64,000 nt of DNA from a virus (lineage: Duplodnaviria > Heunggongvirae > Uroviricota > Caudoviricetes): IMG/VR virus record IMGVR_UViG_3300003691_000003, positions 14,097 to 78,096 of that record; one strand, written 5' to 3'. The notes below the pieces were generated by a model. That model was not told the DNA's origin and did no database searches. It saw only the letters and a list, made by a program, of their open reading frames with translations. Below are positions 1 through 9,495 of the stretch, one piece after another. A program made the position numbers and the translations under genes. Each line of letters starts with the position of its first letter. The first letter of the stretch is position 1.

Positions 1-39
1 AACTAAAGGGTATTCGTTTACCAAATAAAATATTAGGCA

Positions 40-3000
40 TTACTTCTTACCGGTTATCTTTATAGGGGTATTAACATCTATAGTACCTTTCTTCAAAGCC
101 TTTATAGCTGCACCTTCAGTTTTAAACTCTACAGTTTTTTGGTCCTTATTAGGTTCTGTTAAATGAACTGATCCTAGAATAGCTTCATGGCCAGGAGCAA
201 ACATGGCGTATCCATATCCTTTTCTAGCATCACTCAAATGATTAGTAGGCATCATCTTTTTCTTTGCTTCATCTACGGCTTCAGGAGTCATGGGTACAAA
301 GGTAGACATAGCGTCACCGTCGTAATCAGCAGCAAAGCCCGGTAAGTGCAATGGGTTCAACCCTATAGTCTTACCATCGACTGGTACAGGGAACATAGCC
401 ATTAGGTTAGTTCTCATGAGAGTAGGTGCCCTGTTAACAATAACTGGAACATCTTTTATTACTGCGTTAAATGCACTTTGAGCTGCGGTGTTGCGAGATT
501 CGTATGCCTTCTTAGCTTCAGGTCTACTGTAGCCTAATCTAGACAAATAACGTTCTATGTGGAATCTATACATCTCCCATAGTCCTTCCTTAGGATACTT
601 AATTTCGTTAAATCCTACATCTGGTGCAGCGTATATAGTTCCACGTCCAGAGAAATCCTGTTTCTTTTTAAGTATCTTATCTTGAAACATTCCTGTCTTA
701 GGGCCTTTAGTTCCAGATATTTGCTTAAGTATACCTTTGAGATCTTTACCTCTAACTGATCCAGAAATAGCATCTCCCATTCCCAGTGTAGCTTTTAGAG
801 CCTTATACATTCCGGCTCTTTCCTGAGTTAAGTATTCTGGAGAAATTTCGTTTATCAACTTTGACGTAGGAGAATCTACTAGCATATGATCTTTATAAAA
901 AGAGTTTATATCCGCATACTCTAGCTGGTTACCACCTTTATTTATCACAGGTCTCATGTTCGGAGGGAGTACTGGAATATTACGCAGTACGTAAGCATCT
1001 TTAGGATGCACTCCTGTGTTTAGCGATCCTTTTAGAAACTTAGCCTTTTTGATGTATGCGTTACGTCTAGATACAGCCGTAGCTTCTAAGGATCCTGTTA
1101 CTGATTCCTTTAGCTCTTTATCTACATCTATGTCTTCTAACATTGCCTCAAAAGCAGCACCGCTTACTAATGGTTCTTTTTCGGTATCGTCAGCTGCCTT
1201 CTTCAACAGGCCAGATCCTATAGTACGAACTGTAGTATCAGTTGCAGTATCAATTATGGAGTAGTGTCCTTTGCCATGCTTATTAACTCCCATAGCTCCG
1301 CTAACTATGCCATCGAATTCTTTCTTGTTCAACCCTAATATAGATTTCAGAGGTGTTTCAAACATAGGGTTAACCATGGGTTCTGCTAACTCATAGTGAC
1401 TCCACTTCTCACCTTTAAGTCCACCAGTTATACCTATGTCGAACAGTCCGCCTTTCTCAGGTTCTAAGTTTTTAGAACTAAGAAGCTTAGGGGTTTTTAT
1501 CACCCCGTTAGACATTTGTAAAATATCATGATCCGTCATTGGAGTAGCCTGAAGTACACCGTCTTTATTCTTAACATTAACTCCAGAGGCTTTGAGGTAA
1601 TCAAAGAACCTCTTAGACGCAAAAGTTTGCTTAGGCTTTGGAAGAGGTCTTCCACCTATGAAGCTATCCCAGAAGTCTGAGTTTTCCTCCGACTTTATAG
1701 TACCTATTTCTTTCAGGTTCTTTCTAGCATTGGATCCAAGTAACCCAAGGAATTCCATATACCCTACGCTCTTTGCACTTCTTTCACCACCCTTAGTTGG
1801 CTGGCTGTATGCATCATATCCGCCTACGCTACGAGCAGAATAATTGGAGTCGGTTGTCTTATATAACTTTAAGAAATACTGAGGTCCGGCCAACGCCTTT
1901 CCTAACGCCTTCCCCGTAGTAGGATCTACTATAGTATCGGTATCACTTAAGCCTAGTTCTTTTAGCTCAGACATAAGAGCTTTAATGTTACTCTTGTTTT
2001 CATAATTCTTAACCATGTAAGGAGAGCCTTTTTTATCAGCAATCTTACCGGCCACTGTTTCCATGACTTGTCCGAAGTTTATTCTACTAGTTACAGATGC
2101 AGGATTTAGCAATATATCTACTGCCTTGCCTGTAGTCTCGCTTATTGGCATATCATGGTCTTCTATTACTTTAGAAATTACACCTTTATTGCCGTGTAGC
2201 CCAGTTAGTTTATCACCTATTTCTAATGGCTTTACCGAGCGTGCAAGTATGCGAACATTCTTAGTCTCAGTATGTACATCTACTATTTCACCAGGCTCAT
2301 CGTGTTCCCAGTACTTAACTACTAATCGATAAGGATTTACCAGTATCTTGTTCAAGTTGCCCAGTACCTTATCCTCAGGAGTGACTTCTCTTTTTTCTAG
2401 AACTGCAAATACTGCGTCTCCATGTTCAAGTCGAGTACCTTTTATCACGAACCCTCTCTTATCCAGCTTCTTGAGTTGGTCAGGAGTTAACTTGCCAGAA
2501 GAATATCGTTTGAATATTTCTTTATTAGCAACTGTGTCTGCCCTCATAACATAATCATACTTGTACGAGTGTAAGCTGTTTAAAGATTTAGCAGCAGATC
2601 TGCTTATGACTAAACCATCTTCGTGGTTAAAACCTTTCCATGGTAGATAAGCACTGTACAGGTTTAACCCTAGGGCTAACTTCCCGTCTTTAGTGTAGTT
2701 ATTATCAGACAGTATCTGCCCCTTTTTAACTTTATCTCCTACTTTCAGCCCAGTAGGACTATCGTCCAAAAATCCCTTATTGTTAAAAGGTAGGCTTTTG
2801 ACAAAGTGTTCTGTATGTAACTTACCGTCTTTATCCTTTATAGCCATATACTTATTTGTTATCTTTGATACTATTCCGGAAGTAGGAGATATAGTACTTA
2901 TGTGATGACCTAGGGCATCCACGAAAGGCTTATGATTTTCGTCTAACGTTTGTACTATAGGTGCTTCTCTATTTTGTAATGACAATGCTTGGGGTATGGC

Positions 3001-4560
3001 CTTACCAGCCATGGTTAACCTGCCAGGGTGATTACTGTTTAGGAAAGGAACCAAGTTAGTTGTAATAGTGTACATATCCGCTGCATCTGCCAGCCAATAT
3101 TTAACTTTAGATCTGGGTACCATCTTAATCTTACCCTTATCTTGAGCATGTACTGATCTACCTTTCTTTTCTTTTTCTCCTGGAAATCCTACAGTGTTCT
3201 GCATCATTTCTACAGACGTTAGGTAGTGCTGCTTACCTGAGTTGTCTATAACTCTGGCGTACATATTGCCTTCTTTGTCTCTTCTAGCATTAACTGTGAA
3301 TCTCTGATCCACACCTACGCTGGCTGATTCCGGAGTTCTACTCGGATCTATGATGCCTAAATGGGATGGATCTATATTACGAGCCCCATCTGGTATGGAC
3401 TTATCATCTTTCACTCCACCTTCGCCTGGGCCTACAATAGTTAACTTGCCTACGCTTTCTAAGCTTTCTATAGGGTTAGTCTCCGTAGGAGCAGAAGATA
3501 GTGGAGATCTGAGTATGAAATCGGTAAAGATCTTGGTGTAAGGCTTTACGTGTATAGCGCTTTTAATCTTAGGATTTTCTTTTTTTATACGTTCCAGATT
3601 AAACGTAAGTTTATTAGTAGCCTTGCTTACCGTCTCATGGCTTCTCTCAGAATTAAATCTGCGCTCTATGAAATCAGATAGATTCTGTACACGCTTGAAC
3701 TGGAGAGAGTCTCGGTTATCTTCTTCTCGTTCTCCTTTGTACACTTTAACTAAATTGCTTATAGCCTTTACTATGACGTTTCCGCTAACATTAGTATGAC
3801 TGGCACCTAGCGTAATCTTTGTTGTGCTGGGATCTAGCTTTGTAGATTCTAAGGATAAACGAAGGGCTTGTATTTTTTCTTCCTTAGAGGCTTCTGCATT
3901 TTGATCTTTTCTAGGAACCATCTTTAGATACAAAGAGTTTATAGTCTTCTTATCAGTAGCGGCTGCCTGTGAGTTCTTAGACCAGATCTCAGAAGGTACA
4001 TACCTTTCCACGGAATCTCGTCCCATGCTAAATATATCAGTGAGGACAGGGCCCAGTAATGACTTAGTTCCTTTGACATCTATATAGAATAATTGATTCT
4101 TAGGATTCAAAGTTATACTGAAACTTTGACCTGATCCTGTATTAAACTGAGCCTCGAAAGTACCGTCGTCTTTAGCTCTAGAGTATACTCCAGGCTTGAG
4201 GAGTACTAAGTTAGCAACTGAATAATTGTTACCTTTGTACATGACCGTATGCTTTCCAGTCACGTGGAACGAATCCGCCAAAGGGAAATTCTTTTCAGAA
4301 TCAACTACCTTGTTAGTAGCCTTATCTATAAGTTGAAGATCCCCTTTTATAGGGTACGTTAAAGACTTTGACTTGAGGATAGCGTTCTTCTCGTCTCTAT
4401 GATCAAACGCTTTTTTGTCTACATGCACGTTTGCCACGGTCAATTTAAAGTCCCTATTCTCTATAGGGAACTGCTTGGCAATACCTGCTATCATTGACCT
4501 ATCTACATTCTTGCTAATATTAGCAGGGCTTTCATAAATAGGAGTAGTTCCTCTAGTCAT
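40..4560 (-). CDS. Single-chain, minimal multisubunit-type RNA polymerase (fused beta / beta-prime homolog). Probably virion-associated. It lacks the C-terminal beta-prime elements.
   Basis: Residues ~780-860 read [56 protein letters not shown]. This matches the RpoB C-terminal double-psi beta-barrel almost residue for residue (GDK.[39 protein letters not shown]..ET). Residues ~1415-1430 read [16 protein letters not shown], matching the RpoC Mg-binding loop NADFDGDQMAVHVPLT. Both motifs lie in one frame, beta first. The ORF ends ~85 aa after the DxDGD loop. It sits beside the portal-like and tail fiber genes on the same strand. Confidence 0.8.
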   Translation of the reverse strand: [1506 protein letters not shown]

Positions 4561-4575
4561 TAATAATATCCTCTA

Positions 4576-4890
4576 TTACAATTTTTGGGTTGGAGATTTT
4601 TCTAGATAGGTTATTACTATCCAGTAATTGCTTTCAAATGCCTGGGTTGACCTATCGATTATGATGACCTCTCCATTACCGTTCAGTCCTCTAGTCAATA
4701 TGCTTTCTGCCATACTTAGATCATCTAAGTCTGCTTCATCTCCTATATTACCTCTGAATATCTTACAGTTATATTCGCTGTAGTTAACTTCAGAAACGTT
4801 AGTAGGGTTATCAGGAGTCATGCCAGGCATGCCCCCTATTTCTTCTCTAGCAGTTGGCGTTTTAAAAACGTCAGAATTTACGCTACTCAT
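4576..4890 (-). CDS. hypothetical protein in the structural module
   Basis: 104-aa ORF, same strand and tightly spaced between the RNAP and the portal-like gene. No recognisable motif. Confidence 0.5.
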   Translation of the reverse strand: MSSVNSDVFKTPTAREEIGGMPGMTPDNPTNVSEVNYSEYNCKIFRGNIGDEADLDDLSMAESILTRGLNGNGEVIIIDRSTQAFESNYWIVITYLEKSPTQKL

Positions 4891-4905
4891 TACACTCTCT
4901 CCAGG

Positions 4906-6780
4906 TTACATGCTTTTAGGTTCGGACAGTTTGCCCTTACTCTTTTTCTTAATAGGTTTCTTTTCTTCTGTAGCTTTCGGCTTAGTATCTTCTTTTACTA
5001 TAGGATCTGGGCTTTTAGCTTCTGCATCGCTTTCTTTAGCAGCAGTAGCTTCCTCTGGGGCAGCAGGTGCCTCCATTCCTACTTCAGCAGATTCAGTTGC
5101 GTTCATCAAGGTTTCAGGGTCTATACCATACGTCGGCAATAACTGAAGAACCATGTTAGCCATAGCCTCATCCTTGCGAACAATCTGAACTAACATGTTT
5201 CGTCTGGCATCTAAAGAAGCGGATGCTACCTGATGAGTTAGGTCATGAGCCTGAGCCTTGGCGTCTTCAAATCCACTATCACTATCTGCATCATCAGAAG
5301 TATTTCTATTCTTTAAGAACCTGGCTATTTCTATGCCCTTCTCGGCTTCTATCTCACTAGATGCCTTAGCTATAGAATCATCCTTCTTGCGTTCAAGCTC
5401 TTCTTTATAATCCATTCCAAATGCTTCGAATAGAGTACTCATAGAACCTTCTCCATTGAGAACCAACTCGGACAATAGTTGCTTAGCTTGTAAATCATCA
5501 GTAAGTTTGAATGGGGTCATAGTAGTTTCTACTTTTTCTATATTCAAGTAAGAACTAATTTTTACAAACACCCAATCCACTAAATTTTGAATCTGAGCCG
5601 TATACTGATTCATGGTATTTTCGAGCATGCGAAGACCTACTGTAGAACTCGTCCAATTAGTAGTTCCACTGAGTAATTCTAGAGAAACACCTAGACCTAA
5701 GAGCATAGTTTCTTCAGCCTGTTTTATCTCAGGTGACACTAGTAAACTCTTACCTTCTCCTCCTAAGTTCTGGTAGCCTAGGGGAACAGGAGATATAAGT
5801 ATGTGGTTAGGGTCAGATTTATGCTTTTTTAGAGCACTCTCTATTTTCTTAGAAAAGCCCGCCAAGCTCATACTGACCACTGGGTCTCCGTTTGCACTCT
5901 GACCTTGTGGAAATACTGCCCTTAGAGGAGCTAGATAATCTGTAGCTATCGCTTCGTTAGCCTTTCTTAGAACTGCTTGATAAAATACTAATGAGTACAT
6001 GCTTATGATCGGAGGTAATCCCAATCCTTCCAGTACGCTACCCATGGATATATTTTTGAGGTGGAATAGATTCTTACTATCGAACTTAAAGTCTTTACCT
6101 TCTTTCACCGCTTCTACCATACCCCAAGGTATTGAATTTACGAATAACTTATCTCCTTGTTGTATCTTCCTTTTAACTGTTCCAGGTATCTGATAGTAGT
6201 ATTCTGACTCCCCAGTTATAGGGTTATGATTAACGGATACATTTTCAGGGGACCACTTAATAAGGTTTATATCATCTATATCTAACGATTTAACATCGTT
6301 TATACTAAAGACTACTTTATCATTACACCCAGGGCACACTCCGGTGAATGAGTATTTAGTGAATCTTGCAAAGTCCGCATTGACACTGTTGTAGCTAGTA
6401 GTACACTTAGGGCATACAAGGTTTCTTTGTATAGGGAAGTATACCGACAGGAATACATTGCCTATTGTATAGAAGTCAAAGCCTGCATCACATATCTTAT
6501 TCTTTAAATCTAGGCTTCTAACTATATGTTCGTATTTCTTCTTCAGTTCGATATTCTTAGTATCGTGTACGAAAGTAGTTATAGGGTACGTGGATAGCTT
6601 ACGTATAACCTCAGTTATAGTAGGGGACTGTACAGTTATATACCTAGACCACTTAATTACATCATGTAAGTTACGTGGAGTAAACTGGTTTGCAATGTTG
6701 AACCAAGGGTTAGGTGTAGTACCTACTCCGAATTGTTCGAACATGCTACCGCCAGTGTTCAAGTGAGGAGGGACAGCCAT
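4906..6780 (-). CDS. large virion structural protein, possibly portal
   Basis: 624-aa ORF in the structural block upstream of the tail fibers. It has an internal CPKC..CPGC zinc-ribbon insertion and an acidic/Lys-rich Ala/Glu/Pro C-terminal tail. Size and position fit a portal, but no diagnostic motif was recognised. Confidence 0.35.
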   Translation of the reverse strand: MAVPPHLNTGGSMFEQFGVGTTPNPWFNIANQFTPRNLHDVIKWSRYITVQSPTITEVIRKLSTYPITTFVHDTKNIELKKKYEHIVRSLDLKNKICDAGFDFYTIGNVFLSVYFPIQRNLVCPKCTTSYNSVNADFARFTKYSFTGVCPGCNDKVVFSINDVKSLDIDDINLIKWSPENVSVNHNPITGESEYYYQIPGTVKRKIQQGDKLFVNSIPWGMVEAVKEGKDFKFDSKNLFHLKNISMGSVLEGLGLPPIISMYSLVFYQAVLRKANEAIATDYLAPLRAVFPQGQSANGDPVVSMSLAGFSKKIESALKKHKSDPNHILISPVPLGYQNLGGEGKSLLVSPEIKQAEETMLLGLGVSLELLSGTTNWTSSTVGLRMLENTMNQYTAQIQNLVDWVFVKISSYLNIEKVETTMTPFKLTDDLQAKQLLSELVLNGEGSMSTLFEAFGMDYKEELERKKDDSIAKASSEIEAEKGIEIARFLKNRNTSDDADSDSGFEDAKAQAHDLTHQVASASLDARRNMLVQIVRKDEAMANMVLQLLPTYGIDPETLMNATESAEVGMEAPAAPEEATAAKESDAEAKSPDPIVKEDTKPKATEEKKPIKKKSKGKLSEPKSM

Positions 6781-6928
6781 ATTTATTATTTACCTAAAGT
6801 AGTTGGTTTGCAGATAGTATATCATGGTGTTAAATACTTGCATAGTTCCATAGACTGATTTTAACTCAAAGTACAAGAAACCACGCCCATAAAATAACCC
6901 TATATTATTCAATAATTTAGGTGCGGTT

Positions 6929-6953
6929 TGGTATAAGTATTGTGAAGGGAATA
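6929..6953 (+). promoter_or_regulatory. extended -10 phage promoter copy 1 (TGGTATAAGTATTGTGAAGGGAA)
   Basis: Matches the 18-copy consensus TGGTATAAGTAtTATGTAGaGAAAC, upstream of 7010. Confidence 0.5.
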
Positions 6954-7009
6954 ACAACTATTCCTATTACTCAACGCAAAACCAACAGCATGAAAGAGGA
7001 GAAACTATC

Positions 7010-7279
7010 ATGGCTACTAAAAACAACGAAACAAAAAATACTGCAAAGAACGAAGCAACTGAAGAATCTGTAACTGTAAGTGAGCGTATTGCACAGGCCC
7101 GAGAAGGCCGAGCAATGTCCGCTGCAGAAACTTCAATCAAGCTTGCAGCTTACGTAGGCGGTCTAGTATCGTTCGTAACTCTAGCGGTTGCAGGAGTTCA
7201 AAAAGTAACAAATCTATATGGATCTGATGAAGATTCTATGGAAATGGCTGGTGCTGTGGATGATGCGGATACTCTGTAA
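7010..7279 (+). CDS. small hypothetical protein with one predicted TM helix
   Basis: 89-aa ORF with an AGGAG-like RBS (aaagaggagaaactatcATG). It has a hydrophobic stretch LVSFVTLAVAGV and lies downstream of promoter copy 1. Confidence 0.5.
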   Translation: MATKNNETKNTAKNEATEESVTVSERIAQAREGRAMSAAETSIKLAAYVGGLVSFVTLAVAGVQKVTNLYGSDEDSMEMAGAVDDADTL

Positions 7280-7302
7280 TCATCTCCAGTAACATCTAAG
7301 AA

Positions 7303-7326
7303 GTCAGGGATTACCCTGACTTTTTA
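7303..7326 (+). terminator. rho-independent terminator
   Basis: GTCAGGG-ATTA-CCCTGAC followed by TTTTT. Confidence 0.6.
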
Positions 7327-7361
7327 TTTACTATGAACTTTTTCAATTGGAGATAATAATA

Positions 7362-7730
7362 ATGAACGATATATTAACGGATGAACTATGCGTAGAAGTA
7401 GTGTATAGAGAGATCAAGAAGAACATGATCGATGATCCCGTATTGAGAGAAGCGGAATCTAGTGCACAGACCAGAGTCCTACAAATGGTTAAAGAATCGT
7501 TAGAAGTAAGAGGAGTAGACATACGCTCCGAACAAGGTAAGGCATACGTGTCGTACATCCTACGTGAGTTGGGGTGTGGAGGCGACTACAAGTACGAAGT
7601 ACCATCTCATAATAGAAGAATAACAGATAATTTTAAAGTAGAGTCAGCGTACTCTTTATTCACAACAACAATATTACACAGCATATTTAGAAAGAATAGA
7701 AAAGCATCGGACGTCCCTGTCTCCTCTTGA
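7362..7730 (+). CDS. hypothetical protein
   Basis: ORF with a GGAGAT RBS 7 nt upstream of the ATG at 7362. The ORF track starts it at 7347. Confidence 0.5.
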   Translation: MNDILTDELCVEVVYREIKKNMIDDPVLREAESSAQTRVLQMVKESLEVRGVDIRSEQGKAYVSYILRELGCGGDYKYEVPSHNRRITDNFKVESAYSLFTTTILHSIFRKNRKASDVPVSS

Positions 7731-7765
7731 ATGTAAAGACCGATGTTGACTAGGGAGAGGGTAGA

Positions 7766-7797
7766 TGTAATAATCTACCTTTCTTTTTTTAGCTAGG
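7766..7797 (+). terminator. terminator-like hairpin with the conserved flank CTTTCTTTTTTTAGC
   Basis: GTAGAT-gtaataa-ATCTAC then CTTTCTTTTTTT. Confidence 0.4.
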
Positions 7798-7804
7798 ATA
7801 AGTA

Positions 7805-8167
7805 ATGGACATAACATTTAGTAACCCCAATATTCATGATTTCTTCAATAACGTTAAGGGTAGTACCCCTCCATTGGCAGAGTTTAAAGAGGCCATGTCA
7901 AAACCATTACTGCCTGGGAATTTCATACTAGAGATAAAAGTACTAACTGAGACCATAGTTAAACAGATGAGTAGGCAACAGATAGGGGAGGGTATAACTA
8001 AGAGGTTAATACAGCTTACCAATAGGTTAACTGCTAGAAAAATAGCCTATAACGCACTTATAGTTGCAGAAGAGAGGAGTTCCTCTGTGGAAGATAAGCT
8101 TCTAAATAACATACTAGAAGCTCTCCGTGACCTAAGGTTCTTACTGCTTAAAATACTGCGTAGCTAA
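7805..8167 (+). CDS. hypothetical protein
   Basis: 120-aa ORF following a terminator-like hairpin at 7766-7797. Confidence 0.45.
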   Translation: MDITFSNPNIHDFFNNVKGSTPPLAEFKEAMSKPLLPGNFILEIKVLTETIVKQMSRQQIGEGITKRLIQLTNRLTARKIAYNALIVAEERSSSVEDKLLNNILEALRDLRFLLLKILRS

Positions 8168-8833
8168 TTATGGAGTCCCGATAGCCACATGCAGGTTTAT
8201 AGTTGCCAGTAGTATATTTGCAGTATTTGCTATTTCTCTTATTTTTAAGTTAAGTACAACAGTATTTTCGAAAGTGCTTTGAGTTTGCTGTATGTAGAAG
8301 TCTAAGTCAATTGAGAAGGTTGTCCAGGTGTCCGTGTCCCCATGCATGGCCGTTCCAAGTATAGCTAGTCCCGAAAATTTAGTAACATTATATTCGAACT
8401 CAGAAGATACTAGTCCAGTCTTAGTATCTACCCAATCCCCTATATCCACGTCGTTACCACCTATATACGCAGTTGTTGTATCGCTGGCATTACGTATTAT
8501 ATCTCCTCCTGTTCTGAATATAATACCTGCTCGTACTGAACCAGGGTCAGTTATATCTACTCCTTGGGCTATTAAGGTACCTAGACTAGCCGGGACACCA
8601 GGGGGAGTGGTACCTATTTCCGCAAACAAAGTTTTTATATCCGCAGATAGTGAGTTTTGGAAGCCAGTATTAGCCACAGGTGCAGTGCCAGCAGACACCT
8701 CTCTAAAAAGAGTTGCTATGTCATTTCCGGCAGTATCCTGAATGCCTACATTAGAAATGGGCGTAGCCCCGTTTATAGGAGCTAGTATAGTATCTAAGTC
8801 AGCCCCTGAGCTGTCGAGTAATCCGGTAGCCAT
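8168..8833 (-). CDS. tail fiber tip / receptor-binding protein, paralog A
   Basis: 221 aa. The N-terminal ~75 aa (MATGLLDSSGADLDTILAPINGATPISNVGIQDTAGNDIATLF...) are nearly identical to the adjacent 8838..9494 product. The C-terminal two thirds diverge. It sits directly downstream of the tail fiber gene. Confidence 0.6.
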   Translation of the reverse strand: MATGLLDSSGADLDTILAPINGATPISNVGIQDTAGNDIATLFREVSAGTAPVANTGFQNSLSADIKTLFAEIGTTPPGVPASLGTLIAQGVDITDPGSVRAGIIFRTGGDIIRNASDTTTAYIGGNDVDIGDWVDTKTGLVSSEFEYNVTKFSGLAILGTAMHGDTDTWTTFSIDLDFYIQQTQSTFENTVVLNLKIREIANTANILLATINLHVAIGTP

Positions 8834-8837
8834 ATCG

Positions 8838-9494
8838 TTAAGGTGTTCCTATTTGAATGTTCAAGGTTATATCTGTAGAGACTATATTTGTAGTATTTCC
8901 TATTTCTCTTATTTGCAAAGCTACAGTGCAAGACTCTACGGTATCGTCAAGAGAGCTAGATAAGTAAAAACTTAATTCGGAGCTAAAAGTAGTCCAGGTA
9001 TTAGTGTTTCCATGTAGCACAGTGCCGGAGGGTACATCCCCGAAAGTCAGTGTCGCATTATACTGAAAATCACTCGATGATAGCCCAGTCTTATCTGCAA
9101 CCCAGTCCCCTGCGTCAGCTCGTGGTCCACCTGAAGACGATGTTGTACTGGAGTTATTTATAACATCACCATCAACTTCGAATATTATCTCGCACCTAAC
9201 CGACCCTGGGTTGGTCAAGTCTTGAGCCAGAGGCGTGAAAGTACTGTCAACCGCTAATAGTGGAGGTACTGTCCCTATCTCTGCAAACAAAGTTTTTATG
9301 TCAGCCGCTAACGAATTTTGAAATCCAGTATTAGCCACAGGTGCAGTACCCGCAGCAACATCTCTAAATAGGGTCGCTATATCGTTGCCTGCAGTATCCT
9401 GAATACCTACGTTAGAAATAGGCGTAGCTCCGTTTATAGGAGCTAGGATAGTGTCTAAATCGGCGCCTGCGCTATTGAGTAACCCTGTAGCCAT
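8838..9494 (-). CDS. tail fiber tip / receptor-binding protein, paralog B
   Basis: 218 aa. Shares its N-terminus with 8168..8833, with a divergent C-terminus. It starts 2 nt after the stop of the tail fiber gene. Confidence 0.6.
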   Translation of the reverse strand: MATGLLNSAGADLDTILAPINGATPISNVGIQDTAGNDIATLFRDVAAGTAPVANTGFQNSLAADIKTLFAEIGTVPPLLAVDSTFTPLAQDLTNPGSVRCEIIFEVDGDVINNSSTTSSSGGPRADAGDWVADKTGLSSSDFQYNATLTFGDVPSGTVLHGNTNTWTTFSSELSFYLSSSLDDTVESCTVALQIREIGNTTNIVSTDITLNIQIGTP

Positions 9495-9495
9495 A

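Noticed and set aside
1016-4560. Small plus-strand ORFs inside the 1506-aa gene (1016..1264, 1658..1843, 2063..2332, 2348..2554, 3350..3541)
   Set aside because: They are antisense to a long ORF with strong, conserved RNAP motifs. They have no RBS and low-complexity translations, and are treated as spurious.
4906-6780. Considered calling this ORF the major capsid protein or terminase
   Set aside because: There are no Walker A/B motifs and no terminase nuclease motif. The size and composition do not fit an HK97-fold capsid protein. A portal is the best guess but remains unproven.
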